NCBI GenBank assembly: GCA_040222015.1
Contig: JAVJWO010000174.1
Location: 1-51,235 of the forward strand
From: Coleofasciculus chthonoplastes F2-STO-03
GTDB lineage: Bacteria > Cyanobacteriota > Cyanobacteriia > Cyanobacteriales > Coleofasciculaceae
Reading direction: 5' to 3'
DNA: 51,235 bases
Positions within the stretch are counted from its first letter, which is position 1. Each line of letters opens with the position of its first letter. The position numbers and the translations under genes were made by a program. Positions 10,366 to 20,558 of the stretch are shown here, in pieces. The notes under the pieces were generated by a model that had not been told where the DNA came from, searched no databases, and saw nothing but the letters and a program-made list of their open reading frames with translations.

Positions 10366-10621
10366 CGGAGCAACCGTTACCGTCTAACCTTGGTCTAGTA
10401 ACGCGCCTATCATTATAATATTGATCGCTGCCCGGGCTTAAACGTTTAGCCGAATCAGTTTTTCACCGCAGAAGCTGTGAGATCCGGATTGTGGGGGTTT
10501 TATCTCATTCGCTCCGAACGGGGGGGTGTTCCTAAATCAATGCACTAAGATTAATCTACGGGATTAGGATTATCGAAAAACGTTTTTCGCCCCATATTCG
10601 CTTCCAGGACGTATCTTAAGT

Positions 10622-12226
10622 ATGGCTGAACTCAAACTGCGCCTGCACCAAGGAAAAACCGAAAAAACGGTGACAGTAAATCAGGATGTATTTACTATTG
10701 GTCGCTTACCGGAGTGCGACCTAATCTTACCCTACGAAGGGGTATCCCGATATCATGCTCGGCTGTTAAAAACGGCAACCGACAACTGGATGATTAAGGA
10801 TATGGGGAGCAAAAACGGGACGCTACTGAACGAACGTCAGATTACCTCGCCGCAACTGGTGAAAAACGGGGATGTGATTTGGTTGGGGGATGTCAGCCTT
10901 GTGGTTGTTTTAGCGACTCCATCTCGACGAACCACAGTCAAGGTAGAACCGATACCCGCAGAAGCCACTATCCTTCGCAGTGTCCAAGAATTGCAACAGC
11001 AATGGATACAAGCAAAAGATAAAGGGGATGATCTTAGCGTCAAGGAAACAACTATTGCTCGCCTCAAAGATTTGGTAGAGATAGCGAAAAGTTTAAGTGC
11101 GGCTGAATCCATCGAAGCCATTTTCTCACGGGTAAAGGATGTGGTATTTCGCTATCTCGAAAGCATCGAACGTATCGCTTTATTGGTAGATGTGACGGGT
11201 TCAAGGCAACTGGAATTACTCAATGCTGCATCCAGAAACGTCAATCAGCAGCAAAGTTTAGCCGAGTCCAGCCATTGGATTAGTCGAAGTATCTGTCAAA
11301 AAGTCTTCACCGAAAAAGTCGCGATTCAAACCGCCGATGCCCAAGCTGACCAACGCTTTGAGGGAGAAGTCAGTATCCTGTACAAAGGAATTCGCAGTGC
11401 GATCGCGGTTCCCCTTTGGGATGAAACGAAGGTTGTTGGCGTATTATATGCCGATGCCCATCACTCGTCAACCCATTGGACTCAAGAAGGGGAAGAAGAC
11501 CTCAGCTTTTTTTCCACCTTAGCCAATCTTGTTGCATCCAGTGTACAACGCTGGCTCTTGACCGAGAAACTCACCAGCGAAGAAATGATTCGCCAACGAC
11601 TAGAACGCTATCACTCCCCCGCCGTTGTTCAGCAACTCATCGCCTATAAAACATTACCCGATGGTCGTTTACCCGCCGCCGAAAGCGAAATTAGTATTCT
11701 ATTTGCCGATATTGTCGGCTTTACCGCGCTCTCCGAACGGTTAAGTCCCGTAGAAATTGCTCAATTGCTGAATAGTTTATTTGAGGAGATGCTGCAAGAA
11801 GTCTTTGCCTTTAATGGCACCCTCGACAAATATATTGGTGATTGTATTATGGCATTTTTTGGTGCTCCTGAATCTCAACCAGATCATGCGGATCGTGCCT
11901 TAGCGACTGCGAAAGGAATGCTGAATCGTCTAGACAAACTCAATGCTGATGGGGTATTACCGGAACCATTACAATTGCGGATTTCTGTGAATAGTGGAAA
12001 AGCCGTCGTCGGAGATGTGGGGAGTTCTCAACGGGTTGAATATACGGCATTAGGTGCAACCATTAATTTAGCGGCCCGAATAGAAGCCATTTGTCCCCCT
12101 GGGGAATGTGTGGTCAGTGAAGATACTTATGCCTTACTGACGGACAAGCAAGGGTTAGAGCAAATGGGCGAGTATCGGTTCAAAGGAATTGATCGACCCG
12201 TGCAAGTCTATCAAACAAAGCGATAG
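10622..12226 (+). CDS. cyaD: FHA-GAF-class III adenylate cyclase (CyaD/Cya1-like)
   Basis: FHA motifs IGR..VSRYHA..GSKNGT; GAF region; catalytic ILFADIVGFT, DKYIGD, YTALG.TINLAARIE (ATP-specifying Lys, class IIIb Thr). Confidence 0.9.
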   Translation: MAELKLRLHQGKTEKTVTVNQDVFTIGRLPECDLILPYEGVSRYHARLLKTATDNWMIKDMGSKNGTLLNERQITSPQLVKNGDVIWLGDVSLVVVLATPSRRTTVKVEPIPAEATILRSVQELQQQWIQAKDKGDDLSVKETTIARLKDLVEIAKSLSAAESIEAIFSRVKDVVFRYLESIERIALLVDVTGSRQLELLNAASRNVNQQQSLAESSHWISRSICQKVFTEKVAIQTADAQADQRFEGEVSILYKGIRSAIAVPLWDETKVVGVLYADAHHSSTHWTQEGEEDLSFFSTLANLVASSVQRWLLTEKLTSEEMIRQRLERYHSPAVVQQLIAYKTLPDGRLPAAESEISILFADIVGFTALSERLSPVEIAQLLNSLFEEMLQEVFAFNGTLDKYIGDCIMAFFGAPESQPDHADRALATAKGMLNRLDKLNADGVLPEPLQLRISVNSGKAVVGDVGSSQRVEYTALGATINLAARIEAICPPGECVVSEDTYALLTDKQGLEQMGEYRFKGIDRPVQVYQTKR

Positions 12227-12297
12227 CCTTGAATTGTATAGCCCTACGGGGATAGTTTAGGTTCTAAACTTCGATAGAGCGGGGAAGTTTACTCGCG

Positions 12298-13638
12298 TTA
12301 ATATGGGAGACTAGCTTCTAAATCACTGACCGATTGAGGAGAAGAAATCAAGCCGTTGTTTGCAAGTATTGATTCAACTGTCTGTGAACTTACTTGAAAG
12401 TAATCACCCGCATCTTCTATCGCTGACTCCGAGTAGTCATTATCTAAATAATCCTGCAAGCTGCTCAGGGGGCAAAGAAACTCCGCAGCAAAGGCACGCT
12501 GATACTTTTGTCTTGAGGTTCTAAGGTCTGTGCTGGTAAGCCATGATTCTCCTCTATTGCCATAGAACAAGTAGTCACCAATAAGCCTAGCCAATTCAAA
12601 TCGCTTTGCAATCGGATGTTTTTTTCTAGGGTGGAAGTTAAACCTATTTTCTTTTAAGGGAACTGCAACTGAGATATGCTGCCGCTGCCGATGTGTAGGA
12701 GTCCAAGCTTCATATTCAGATTTCTTTAGACCAAGCAAATCATAAAGTGTGTCGTCGGGTACGGAATTTTCTCGAATATCAATCGCATCACGTAGAAGCG
12801 ATGCTACTTTATTCCCTCGCTGCCAAGGTGCTTGTGGAGTGTCTGGGTTAACAGAGTCGTCAATAGAAATATCAGGATTTCCTTTAAGTCCCGATGATTG
12901 AATTTGCTTAAGGATTTCGCTGAGGGGTTGTGCCTCTGATAAATCCTTGCTACAGGCAGGAGCCAATTCTGACAAGGTTTTGCTGCCTATCTGTTTAGCA
13001 AGATTCAGAGTATCCTCTACGAGACTTTCAGGACACTCATCAGGATCAAAACCTAATTCAGCCTCACAACGACGATATTGACTTGAATATGCATCAGAAC
13101 GCTCCTCCTGAAGTTCTTGCCAAAGGTTAGCCAATGGTGTGTCACGCACTCCCGTTGCGTTCAAACGGCTGAGCACAGTCTCAATGAATTTCTCTGCTTT
13201 CAGTTCAAATTCATGGAGGTTAATTGGGCATGATCCCTCAAGACCGTTAATATACCTAACGGACTGTTGCTCAACAGCCTTAGATGGTGTTGACCATATT
13301 TGCATCAATTCAGTATCTGAAGCTAGTATTACTCTGGGCCAAATAAATCCTTGATTGGCAGCAGTAAGTTCATGTGCCATCCTCCAGTTAACTGACGGTT
13401 TAGCATTTGTAGGCGGAAGCGGTTCAAAAATTAATCGCCACCATGAAGATGCTATCCAAGCCGCAAGAGGATAAGCTGAAACAAGAACGGTATCGCGAAT
13501 TGTTTTAGAGAAGGTATCCTCATTTTGAGTAAGACTTATATCTACCACTCGTAATCCAAACATACCCATAGTCTGCTGGATTTCGGGCGAATCATTTCCG
13601 CTTGTAAGCCAGTCAAAGTTAAGACTTAGCGAGTTCAC
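12298..13638 (-). CDS. Hypothetical protein with a degenerate ImmA/IrrE (M78)-like C-terminal domain lacking HEXXH
   Basis: KRFELARLIGDYL aligns by eye to the RFTLAHELGH motif, followed by QRAFAAEFLCP and a short HTH-like tail (AGDYFQVSSQTV). Confidence 0.65.
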   Translation of the reverse strand: MNSLSLNFDWLTSGNDSPEIQQTMGMFGLRVVDISLTQNEDTFSKTIRDTVLVSAYPLAAWIASSWWRLIFEPLPPTNAKPSVNWRMAHELTAANQGFIWPRVILASDTELMQIWSTPSKAVEQQSVRYINGLEGSCPINLHEFELKAEKFIETVLSRLNATGVRDTPLANLWQELQEERSDAYSSQYRRCEAELGFDPDECPESLVEDTLNLAKQIGSKTLSELAPACSKDLSEAQPLSEILKQIQSSGLKGNPDISIDDSVNPDTPQAPWQRGNKVASLLRDAIDIRENSVPDDTLYDLLGLKKSEYEAWTPTHRQRQHISVAVPLKENRFNFHPRKKHPIAKRFELARLIGDYLFYGNRGESWLTSTDLRTSRQKYQRAFAAEFLCPLSSLQDYLDNDYSESAIEDAGDYFQVSSQTVESILANNGLISSPQSVSDLEASLPY

Positions 13639-14065
13639 TCCGAATCCTCCATTGCTTAATCACTTCTTCACCGAACGGATCGTCTCTTTGCATAGGATAG
13701 CCATGATATGACCCTTGCTCTGCTGACTCAAGTTGTGCTTCTAGCGGAGTCCCATCATCCATAACTGACCAAACATTCTTGGGCCACTCCCCTACAACAC
13801 GGTCACTGACTAATCCTGTTTTAATACCTTTCCTGAGTAAACCTAGAGCTTTCTTTTTGCTAAAAACCTGAACGGTGTCACAGAGAGACTTGGCTGCTCT
13901 AGGTGCACTAGGAGGTGTCAGATTAAAATCACCTGGATTTCTTTTGTGTTCAGGATTTCCACCATATTGAGCTTGGGACGAAAGCTGTAAAAGCTCCTTA
14001 AAGTCACATTCCTTAATTTTAAGTATTTTGCGTTTCTGGTTGTACTTACCGTTGCGCTTTTTCAT
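13619..14065 (-). CDS. Hypothetical basic protein (148 aa), possible toxin/RNase
   Basis: Overlaps the next gene by 20 nt; motifs YGGNPEHK, WPKNVW, EAQL, YHGYP. Confidence 0.6.
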   Translation of the reverse strand: MKKRNGKYNQKRKILKIKECDFKELLQLSSQAQYGGNPEHKRNPGDFNLTPPSAPRAAKSLCDTVQVFSKKKALGLLRKGIKTGLVSDRVVGEWPKNVWSVMDDGTPLEAQLESAEQGSYHGYPMQRDDPFGEEVIKQWRIRSELAKS

Positions 14066-14185
14066 GACGACGATACACTAACCAAGTATAAACACAGTCC
14101 CTATATCGTAAAACTTACCACGAGATTCAGGCGCAGCTTGAGCCAAGTGATTAGGTAAATGTTCTGGATTGACGGCAGAGCCTGA

Positions 14186-15970
14186 TTACACCATAACCGC
14201 CCCACTACTAGCTGGACTCGCCGCCATCGCCCCCGAATAAACTAAACCGCGCTGAGTATCCAGGGTGATAATCGCCCCATCCCGAATCCGCTGGGTGGCA
14301 TTCTTCACCCCAACAATCACGGGAACTCCCAAGCGCATTCCAATTATCGCCGCGTGACTGGTTAAACTATCTTCCTCTGTCACCACTCCTGAGGCTTTAC
14401 GCATGGTATCGACAAAATCCGCACTGGTTGACGGAACCACCAAGATTTCACCTGGACTAAAGTTGTTCACCTCTGCGGCACTATACGCCACCCGCGCTAA
14501 ACCACTCACTGACCCTTTGCCAATGCCAATCCCTTGACCCAAAACAGCCGTGACCACTTCCACTTTAATTAAATCCGTGGAACCTGGAACCCCTTGCAAT
14601 GTCCCTGCTGTCATCACCACCAAATCCCCCTCAGCGACAAGCTGCTTTTCCTGGGCGACATTAATTGCGGCTTGGAAGGTTTGACCCGTTGACGGTAAAT
14701 CCAGCACCAATAGGGGGCGAATTCCCCACACCAGTTGCAATTGTCGCGCCACATCGACGTGGGGTGTTACTGCCAGAATCGGAGTTGAGGGGCGAAACTT
14801 AGAGACATTTCGCGCTGTGGAACCCGTTTTAGTTAGGGTCATAATTGCACAGGCTTGTAACTGTTCGGCAATTTGACCCACCGCCTGAGATATCGCATTG
14901 GGAATTGAGCGGCGGGTATCTTCCATGTTCCGCACAATTTCCTCTTGTTCGATACGGGTGGCAATTTTTGCCATCGTGGAGACGGCTTCTACGGGATAGT
15001 TACCCACGGCGGTTTCATTGGACAGCATTACCGCGTCGGTGCCGTCTAAAATGGCATTCGCTACATCGGAAATCTCTGCACGGGTAGCGCGTGGAGAGTT
15101 GACCATGCTATCCAGCATCTGGGTGGCGGTAATCACCGGAATTCCTAGACGATTGGCGGTGGTAATCAGCCGCTTTTGTAAGATAGGCACATCCTCAGCC
15201 GGTAATTCTACCCCTAAATCACCCCTCGCCACCATCACCCCATCAGCGAGGGAGAGGATAGCCTCCATTTGTTCAATGGCTTCGTGCTTTTCAATTTTGA
15301 CAATAACTGGAACATCTTTCCCAGCACTGGTAATCAGTTCTTTGATTTCCAGGACATCCTGGGGATTACGCACAAAGCTAAGGGCAATCCAATCGACCCC
15401 TTGGTCTAAGCCAAACATCAAATCCCGGCGGTCTTTATCCGTGAGGGCGCGAATGGAGAGGTAGACCCCTGGAAAGTTGACCCCTTTGTTATTGGAAAGT
15501 TTACCACCGACAACGACCCGACAGTGTAAGGCGCGTTTCTCGCGATTAATCTCTTCCACCTGCATCTCCACTCTGCCATCATCCAAGAGAATCGTGGCAT
15601 CATTGGGGACTTCATCAGCGAGGGGTTCATAAGTGACGGAACTGATCTCCTGAGTGCCGATCAGGGGTTCACTGGTTAAGGTGAAGCGATCGCCTCGTTC
15701 TAGTGTAATCGAACCGTTCTCAAATTTGCCTAAGCGGATTTTCGGTCCCTGTAAGTCTTGCAGGATACCCACAGGTTGATTCAGTTCAAATGCCGTTTGG
15801 CGAATCAGGCGAATGCTACGCTGATGGTCATCATGAGTGCCATGGGAGAAGTTTAGCCGCAACGTCGTGGCACCTGCTTTAATCAGGTCTCTCAGCACCT
15901 CTGGATGACTGGTAGCAGGACCAATCGTGGCTACAATCTTGGTTCGACGCCGGGATTTGTACAGTTGCAT
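14186..15970 (-). CDS. pyk: Pyruvate kinase with C-terminal PEP-utilising mobile domain
   Basis: TKIVATIGPA, RLNFSHG, DLQGPKIR, MVARGDLG, ATQMLDSM; C-terminal TSHAAI. Confidence 0.98.
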   Translation of the reverse strand: MQLYKSRRRTKIVATIGPATSHPEVLRDLIKAGATTLRLNFSHGTHDDHQRSIRLIRQTAFELNQPVGILQDLQGPKIRLGKFENGSITLERGDRFTLTSEPLIGTQEISSVTYEPLADEVPNDATILLDDGRVEMQVEEINREKRALHCRVVVGGKLSNNKGVNFPGVYLSIRALTDKDRRDLMFGLDQGVDWIALSFVRNPQDVLEIKELITSAGKDVPVIVKIEKHEAIEQMEAILSLADGVMVARGDLGVELPAEDVPILQKRLITTANRLGIPVITATQMLDSMVNSPRATRAEISDVANAILDGTDAVMLSNETAVGNYPVEAVSTMAKIATRIEQEEIVRNMEDTRRSIPNAISQAVGQIAEQLQACAIMTLTKTGSTARNVSKFRPSTPILAVTPHVDVARQLQLVWGIRPLLVLDLPSTGQTFQAAINVAQEKQLVAEGDLVVMTAGTLQGVPGSTDLIKVEVVTAVLGQGIGIGKGSVSGLARVAYSAAEVNNFSPGEILVVPSTSADFVDTMRKASGVVTEEDSLTSHAAIIGMRLGVPVIVGVKNATQRIRDGAIITLDTQRGLVYSGAMAASPASSGAVMV

Positions 15971-16195
15971 AAGCAGAAAACGGGATGAGTCAGTAGGTGG
16001 AAGTAACGTTAACGGCGGGGATTGTCATTTGTCATTCGTTATTCGTTATACTCGTGGGCGCACGCCATGCGCCCCTACATATCGCTAGAAGCACGCTATG
16101 TCCTTTGTCTTAAATGGGTCAGCGAAAGTAGAGATACATGATTGTATCGCTGTCCTTTGTCATTTGTCATTTGTCTTTTGTCATATTGGTAAGGA

Positions 16196-16528
16196 TTAGT
16201 GTCGAGACGTTCCCTGGAACCGCTCTGAGAGTGAGGATTGTGGAGACTGGAGAGTAACAGGTGTTTGGCAATCAACCGGGGGCGAGGGTTGGCTGAAGGA
16301 TATCGCTAATGCCATACCAGCAAGAATTAAGAACATGAGCCAGGATTTGTGGCGTTGGCGTTCATCGGATTGCGTCTCTTCATCCATTAGCCAATTCCAC
16401 AGTAGGAAGCAAAGACTGACTCCCGGTTCTAGGTTGGATTTGAACAACCAGCCGATGAGATTAGGAATTAGGAATTCGGCTAATAGCCAGAGTTTCTTTT
16501 TCCAGGTTTTGGATGTTTGAGATTTCAT
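16196..16528 (-). CDS. Hypothetical membrane protein
   Basis: ATG with upstream GAGGT; hydrophobic segments. Confidence 0.5.
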   Translation of the reverse strand: MKSQTSKTWKKKLWLLAEFLIPNLIGWLFKSNLEPGVSLCFLLWNWLMDEETQSDERQRHKSWLMFLILAGMALAISFSQPSPPVDCQTPVTLQSPQSSLSERFQGTSRH

Positions 16529-16645
16529 GGTTTGACCTCGTTAAATTTGGGGTTATGAGGTCTAGTCTGGCGATAGAAAAAATAGATTTAAAACTGCAAT
16601 TAGGTAGTCAGAAAAAGTTATTCGATTGATTGGGGTGTTGCTCAA

Positions 16646-17776
16646 TTGCTAACAACAGTTGTCCTTGGCAAAGCTTTAGAATATACCGAACGCTTTCCTT
16701 GTCAACGCTTAGTTGAATTGATGGCGAGTGATGTCCTCAACCCAGTGGGAGAAATTATTCCAGAAGTCCAAGAATTGTTAATTGACTATGAGGAATTGCA
16801 CCAGCGGATTAATAGCCTACGATTGAGTTTTCAGACAGAAGCGACGCCAGCATTAACAGGAAGTCGTCGATTGCCAGATGGGGAAATATTAGCAGCTAAT
16901 CAAGCAGAAATTCAGAGATTAGAGGCACAAAAACAACAAGTTTGGAAACAACTACGCCGTTATGATCCCGTATTAGCGGGACAAATTCAGGTGGAACATC
17001 TGAGTTTAGACCAGATGCAGAAGTTAATTGAAAATGATACCACTGCTTTGCTGAGTTTCTATACCACCCAAGAAGATACTCATATTTTTATCTTACTTAA
17101 GGATCAGAATCCGAAAATTTATACCTGTAAAGGACAGGGAATTGAAACATTCCAGAATTGGACAACTAAAAACTGGTTTATACCCTATCGTTGGGCAAAT
17201 ACAGAATGGCGAGAAAACATGGGGGCATTTCTCCAAGAACTCGCCCAGCGTTTGCAGTTAAAGGATTTGATTGATCATTATCTCACCGGAATTGAGGAAT
17301 TAATTATTGTGCCTCATTTGCGTTTACATCAAATGCCCTTTGCTGCATTGCCGATTCATGGGATGGAGACGTTCCGCCCAAATGGTGAGAATTCAAAGCC
17401 TTCTCAAGAGCAGGAGAGAGGTTTGGAGAGAGGTTTTCTAGATTCCGTGAAAAGTAAGGGAGATGGAGAAACACGGGGGTTAGTGATTGGCAAAAAATCT
17501 TAACCCAAAGTAACCGTAACTCCCACCACCTACTTAGGCGATTTATTCCGGATTCGCATTGTACCAAGCTGCCAAATTCTCTACTATTGCCAGCAACGCC
17601 CGCCAATCCCAAATCAGCCAACAATGGGCATTGTTGAAGATGCCACAGAAGACTTACTGTTCACCCGCTACGAATGCGAAACCCTTGCCCAATCCTACGG
17701 CGTTTCTGCTGACAAACGCTTGCAAGGGCGCAAGGCGACAGTATTAACAAATATCTTTACAAGCTGCATAAGCTGA
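16646..17776 (+). pseudogene. Fragment of a TPR-CHAT protein (5' and 3' truncated, internal nonsense codon)
   Basis: ALEYTERFPCQRLVELM, LIIVPHLRLHQMPFAALP; after TAA 17501-17503 the same frame continues YLGDLFRIRIVPSCQIL..GIVEDATEDLLFTRYECE..LQGRKATV and ends before the catalytic His/Cys. Confidence 0.8.
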
Positions 17777-17829
17777 ATGGTACTGAAGTTTTGGCTGGTG
17801 GGCGATGCCCACCCTACGGTATATCAAGT

Positions 17830-18055
17830 GCGATCGCCAGCTTCGGCTATGGGTGAATTTGAGCAAGCCATTCACGTTGCTAAAACCATTGAAAACTTCT
17901 CTGTAAAAGTCAGTACCTTGGATACAATCGTGCGCGAGTTAGCGGCGGCAGGTAAGTCAGATCGCGCCCTGGCAATCGCTCAAACCATCCAATCCTACTA
18001 TGGTAGTAGGGAGAAAATGTTACGTGCGATCGCGAACTATCGAAATGCTCATTAA
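17830..18055 (+). pseudogene. C-terminal fragment of a TPR-like repeat protein
   Basis: GEFEQAIHVAKTIEN..AGKSDRALAIAQTIQ helical repeats start at a HIP1 site just after a REP element. Confidence 0.5.
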
Positions 18056-18157
18056 GCAACACCAGCCAGCGTGACACTGCCCGAAGCCTCTTCCTACTGA
18101 AGGAGTAAGCCGTTAGTATGGATAGATTGCTACTAAAAGTTTTATGGAGACATTAGT

Positions 18158-18737
18158 GTGGCAGGAAATGAAAAAGCTATATGCGAGTTTCTATTCTCAA
18201 ATATAGGACACATAAATCTCAAACACATTGGTACACTTCGACAAATAGGAATCCCTTCTAAAAACTATCGGTTCGGCAGAATTTTTAAGTGATATATTGA
18301 CCCTATCAACAACAGATTCGAGGAAAAAAGCAGATATTTATCTGAATGGCAGAGGGGTTTCTATCAAACAAGCCGGGAGTTCATTTTCATTTAATCGCTT
18401 GCAGAGAGCTAATCTGATTCAAGTCTATTCACGGTTAGGATTAACTGCTCCTCAGACAATCTTAACTCAGCTTGATCAAGAAATTCACCGATTCCATCAA
18501 GGATTCCTTTTAAGCAGAGATCGCCCTTGGCAGAATTTTTTCTCAGAAAATGATTTCAAAACACTTTTAAATTTTTTGATGATGTTAGGGAGTCCTAATT
18601 TAGGGATGTCACAACATCCAGCCGAATTAATTTTAGAAGCGCCAGCGACTCAGATCAGTCAAGATACTATCAAAATTTATTCGTTTGATGAGTATTTCAA
18701 TTCTTACAAGGAAAAGTTACACATAGCCATCCGCCAA
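18158..18737 (+). pseudogene. Frameshifted, truncated PD-(D/E)xK type II restriction endonuclease
   Basis: GGAGA RBS + GTG 18158; first frame stops at 18290, second frame carries KKADIYLNGRGVSIKQ; convergent with a C5 MTase. Confidence 0.6.
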
Positions 18738-19100
18738 GAAAAAGCGAGGTTGCTTGTCTTTCAAAATCCGGATATACTCTAAAAATAATCTGCCGCGATC
18801 ATCATTGATTCCCTTTTGAGTACCCGCCTCACTCCAACTTTGGCAGGGAAGACCGCCAATAATCCCGAAGCAGTCTGGAATGTCCGCAGAAGGAACGTGT
18901 CGAATATCACGCCGATCAAGAAACGTATCTGGATGATTACGTTGATAGGTTTGCCACATATCTTTGTCATATTCATTTGCCCATACCACATTAAAACCTG
19001 CTTGACGAAACCCTAGATCTAGTCCACCACAGCCTGAAAATAGAGATACTATCGCTTTTTCCCTTAATATTCTCTTGGTATCTAAATTTGGCTGTTCCAT
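18717..19100 (-). pseudogene. N-terminal fragment of a DNA (cytosine-5)-methyltransferase, M.HaeIII-like
   Basis: Motif I SLFSGCGG, WANEYDK, motif IV GGLPCQSWSEAG, DDRGRLF..YIRIL..KQPRFFLA, then breaks exactly before motif VI ENV. Confidence 0.9.
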
Positions 19101-19162
19101 CTTGATGCTTTACATCCTGTAGAAGAGTTGAAAAGTCTTTGCTTCAGTATTAATATTTAATG

Positions 19163-19198
19163 AGCTAATTAGCTATTTGTCAAATTAGCTGTTTAGCT
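19163..19198. promoter_or_regulatory. Operator-like cluster: perfect palindrome AGCTAATTAGCT plus two further TTAGCT half-sites
   Basis: 19163-19174, 19185-19190 and 19193-19198, between the divergent MTase and the small regulator. Confidence 0.5.
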
Positions 19199-19241
19199 AG
19201 GGTACAATTTGCCTAACGGGACTTACTTAATCACTGGGTTA

Positions 19242-19442
19242 ATGGCACAGACACAAAGAAAACCAGTATACGTACAGCCAAAACACCATGAAATTTTAAG
19301 ACGCATTGCTTTTGAGCAACGTTGCAACATTTCCGATGTGTTAGATGCCGTATTGGAACAAGCCGACTGGGAAACAATAACGCAAGAGGCGAGAAATAAG
19401 CCTGTACAGCGATCAATGAAACGGGGAGGAATGGATCAATGA
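19242..19442 (+). CDS. Small ribbon-helix-helix-like DNA-binding protein
   Basis: ATG 19242; RKPVYV (beta strand)-HHEILRRIAFEQ-NISDVLDAVL pattern. Confidence 0.6.
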   Translation: MAQTQRKPVYVQPKHHEILRRIAFEQRCNISDVLDAVLEQADWETITQEARNKPVQRSMKRGGMDQ

Positions 19443-19474
19443 CAATATTTCATGACTGAGTAGTTACCACCGTC

Positions 19475-20389
19475 ATGAACCTGCCAATCGTCTATCACCC
19501 CGACTACGTTACCCCCATTCCACCCGGACATCGCTTTCCCATGTCCAAATTTGGCAAACTCTGTGAACTCCTCCTCGCCGATACTATTGTCACTCCGGAA
19601 CAAATCCACACTCCCAACCCCCCACCCCCAGAATGGATTCAACTCATCCACACCCCTGACTACATCCAAGGCTACTGTAACGGCACCCTTGACCGGAAAG
19701 CCCAGCGCCGGATTGGATTACCCTGGAGTCCCGGCTTGGTTAAGCGAACTTGTACGGCGGTTGGGGGGACAATCCTGACGGCTCAACTTGCCCTGACTCA
19801 TGGTATTGCTTGTAATACGGCGGGAGGAACTCATCATGCGTTTCCCAGCTACGGATCAGGCTTTTGTATCTTTAATGATTTGGCGATCGCAACTCGTGTT
19901 CTCCAGACTCTGGGATTAGTCAAAAAAATCCTCATTCTGGATCTGGATGTTCACCAAGGGGATGGTACGGCGTTTATTTTCCAAAATGACTCCACTGTCT
20001 TTACCTTCTCGATGCACTGTGAGGTCAACTTTCCCGCCACTAAACAAAAAAGTGATCTTGACATTCCTCTCCCGGTGGGTATGGATGATGATGCTTACCT
20101 GCAAACCTTAGCCCACTATCTCCCCGACATTTTGTCTGAGGTTCAGCCTGACTTGGTTCTCTATGATGCTGGAGTAGATACCCACGCCTGCGATCGCTTT
20201 GGTAAGCTAGCCCTAACCGATACGGGAATTTACCGCCGTGAAATGCAGGTACTCAGCACCTGTATCGCCGCAGGCTACCCTGTCGCTAGTGTGATTGGGG
20301 GCGGCTATGGAGATGACTTGAATGCTTTAATCTACCGTCACTCTCTCCTCCATCGTGCCGCTAATGATGTTTATCGTCATCTTGTGTAA
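19475..20389 (+). CDS. Histone deacetylase family protein
   Basis: GHRFPM, GGTHHA, GFCIFND, DLDVHQGDGT, GGGY. Confidence 0.95.
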   Translation: MNLPIVYHPDYVTPIPPGHRFPMSKFGKLCELLLADTIVTPEQIHTPNPPPPEWIQLIHTPDYIQGYCNGTLDRKAQRRIGLPWSPGLVKRTCTAVGGTILTAQLALTHGIACNTAGGTHHAFPSYGSGFCIFNDLAIATRVLQTLGLVKKILILDLDVHQGDGTAFIFQNDSTVFTFSMHCEVNFPATKQKSDLDIPLPVGMDDDAYLQTLAHYLPDILSEVQPDLVLYDAGVDTHACDRFGKLALTDTGIYRREMQVLSTCIAAGYPVASVIGGGYGDDLNALIYRHSLLHRAANDVYRHLV

Positions 20390-20558
20390 AGGGAACAGGG
20401 AACAGGGAACGGAGGATTTGACCAATTTGACCAGTCGATTGAAATCCTACTCTTGCTTATGCTCAAGATTAGGATAATTCAAAATTTATAATCAATCGCT
20501 CTCCACTGATACACTTGAAAGAGTCAAGAGGTTGCTCTACCCAGCTTGAGGAGATACT

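Noticed and set aside
16859..16868. 10-nt match to the predicted guide of the 28338 element
   Set aside because: Too short to be significant in 51 kb
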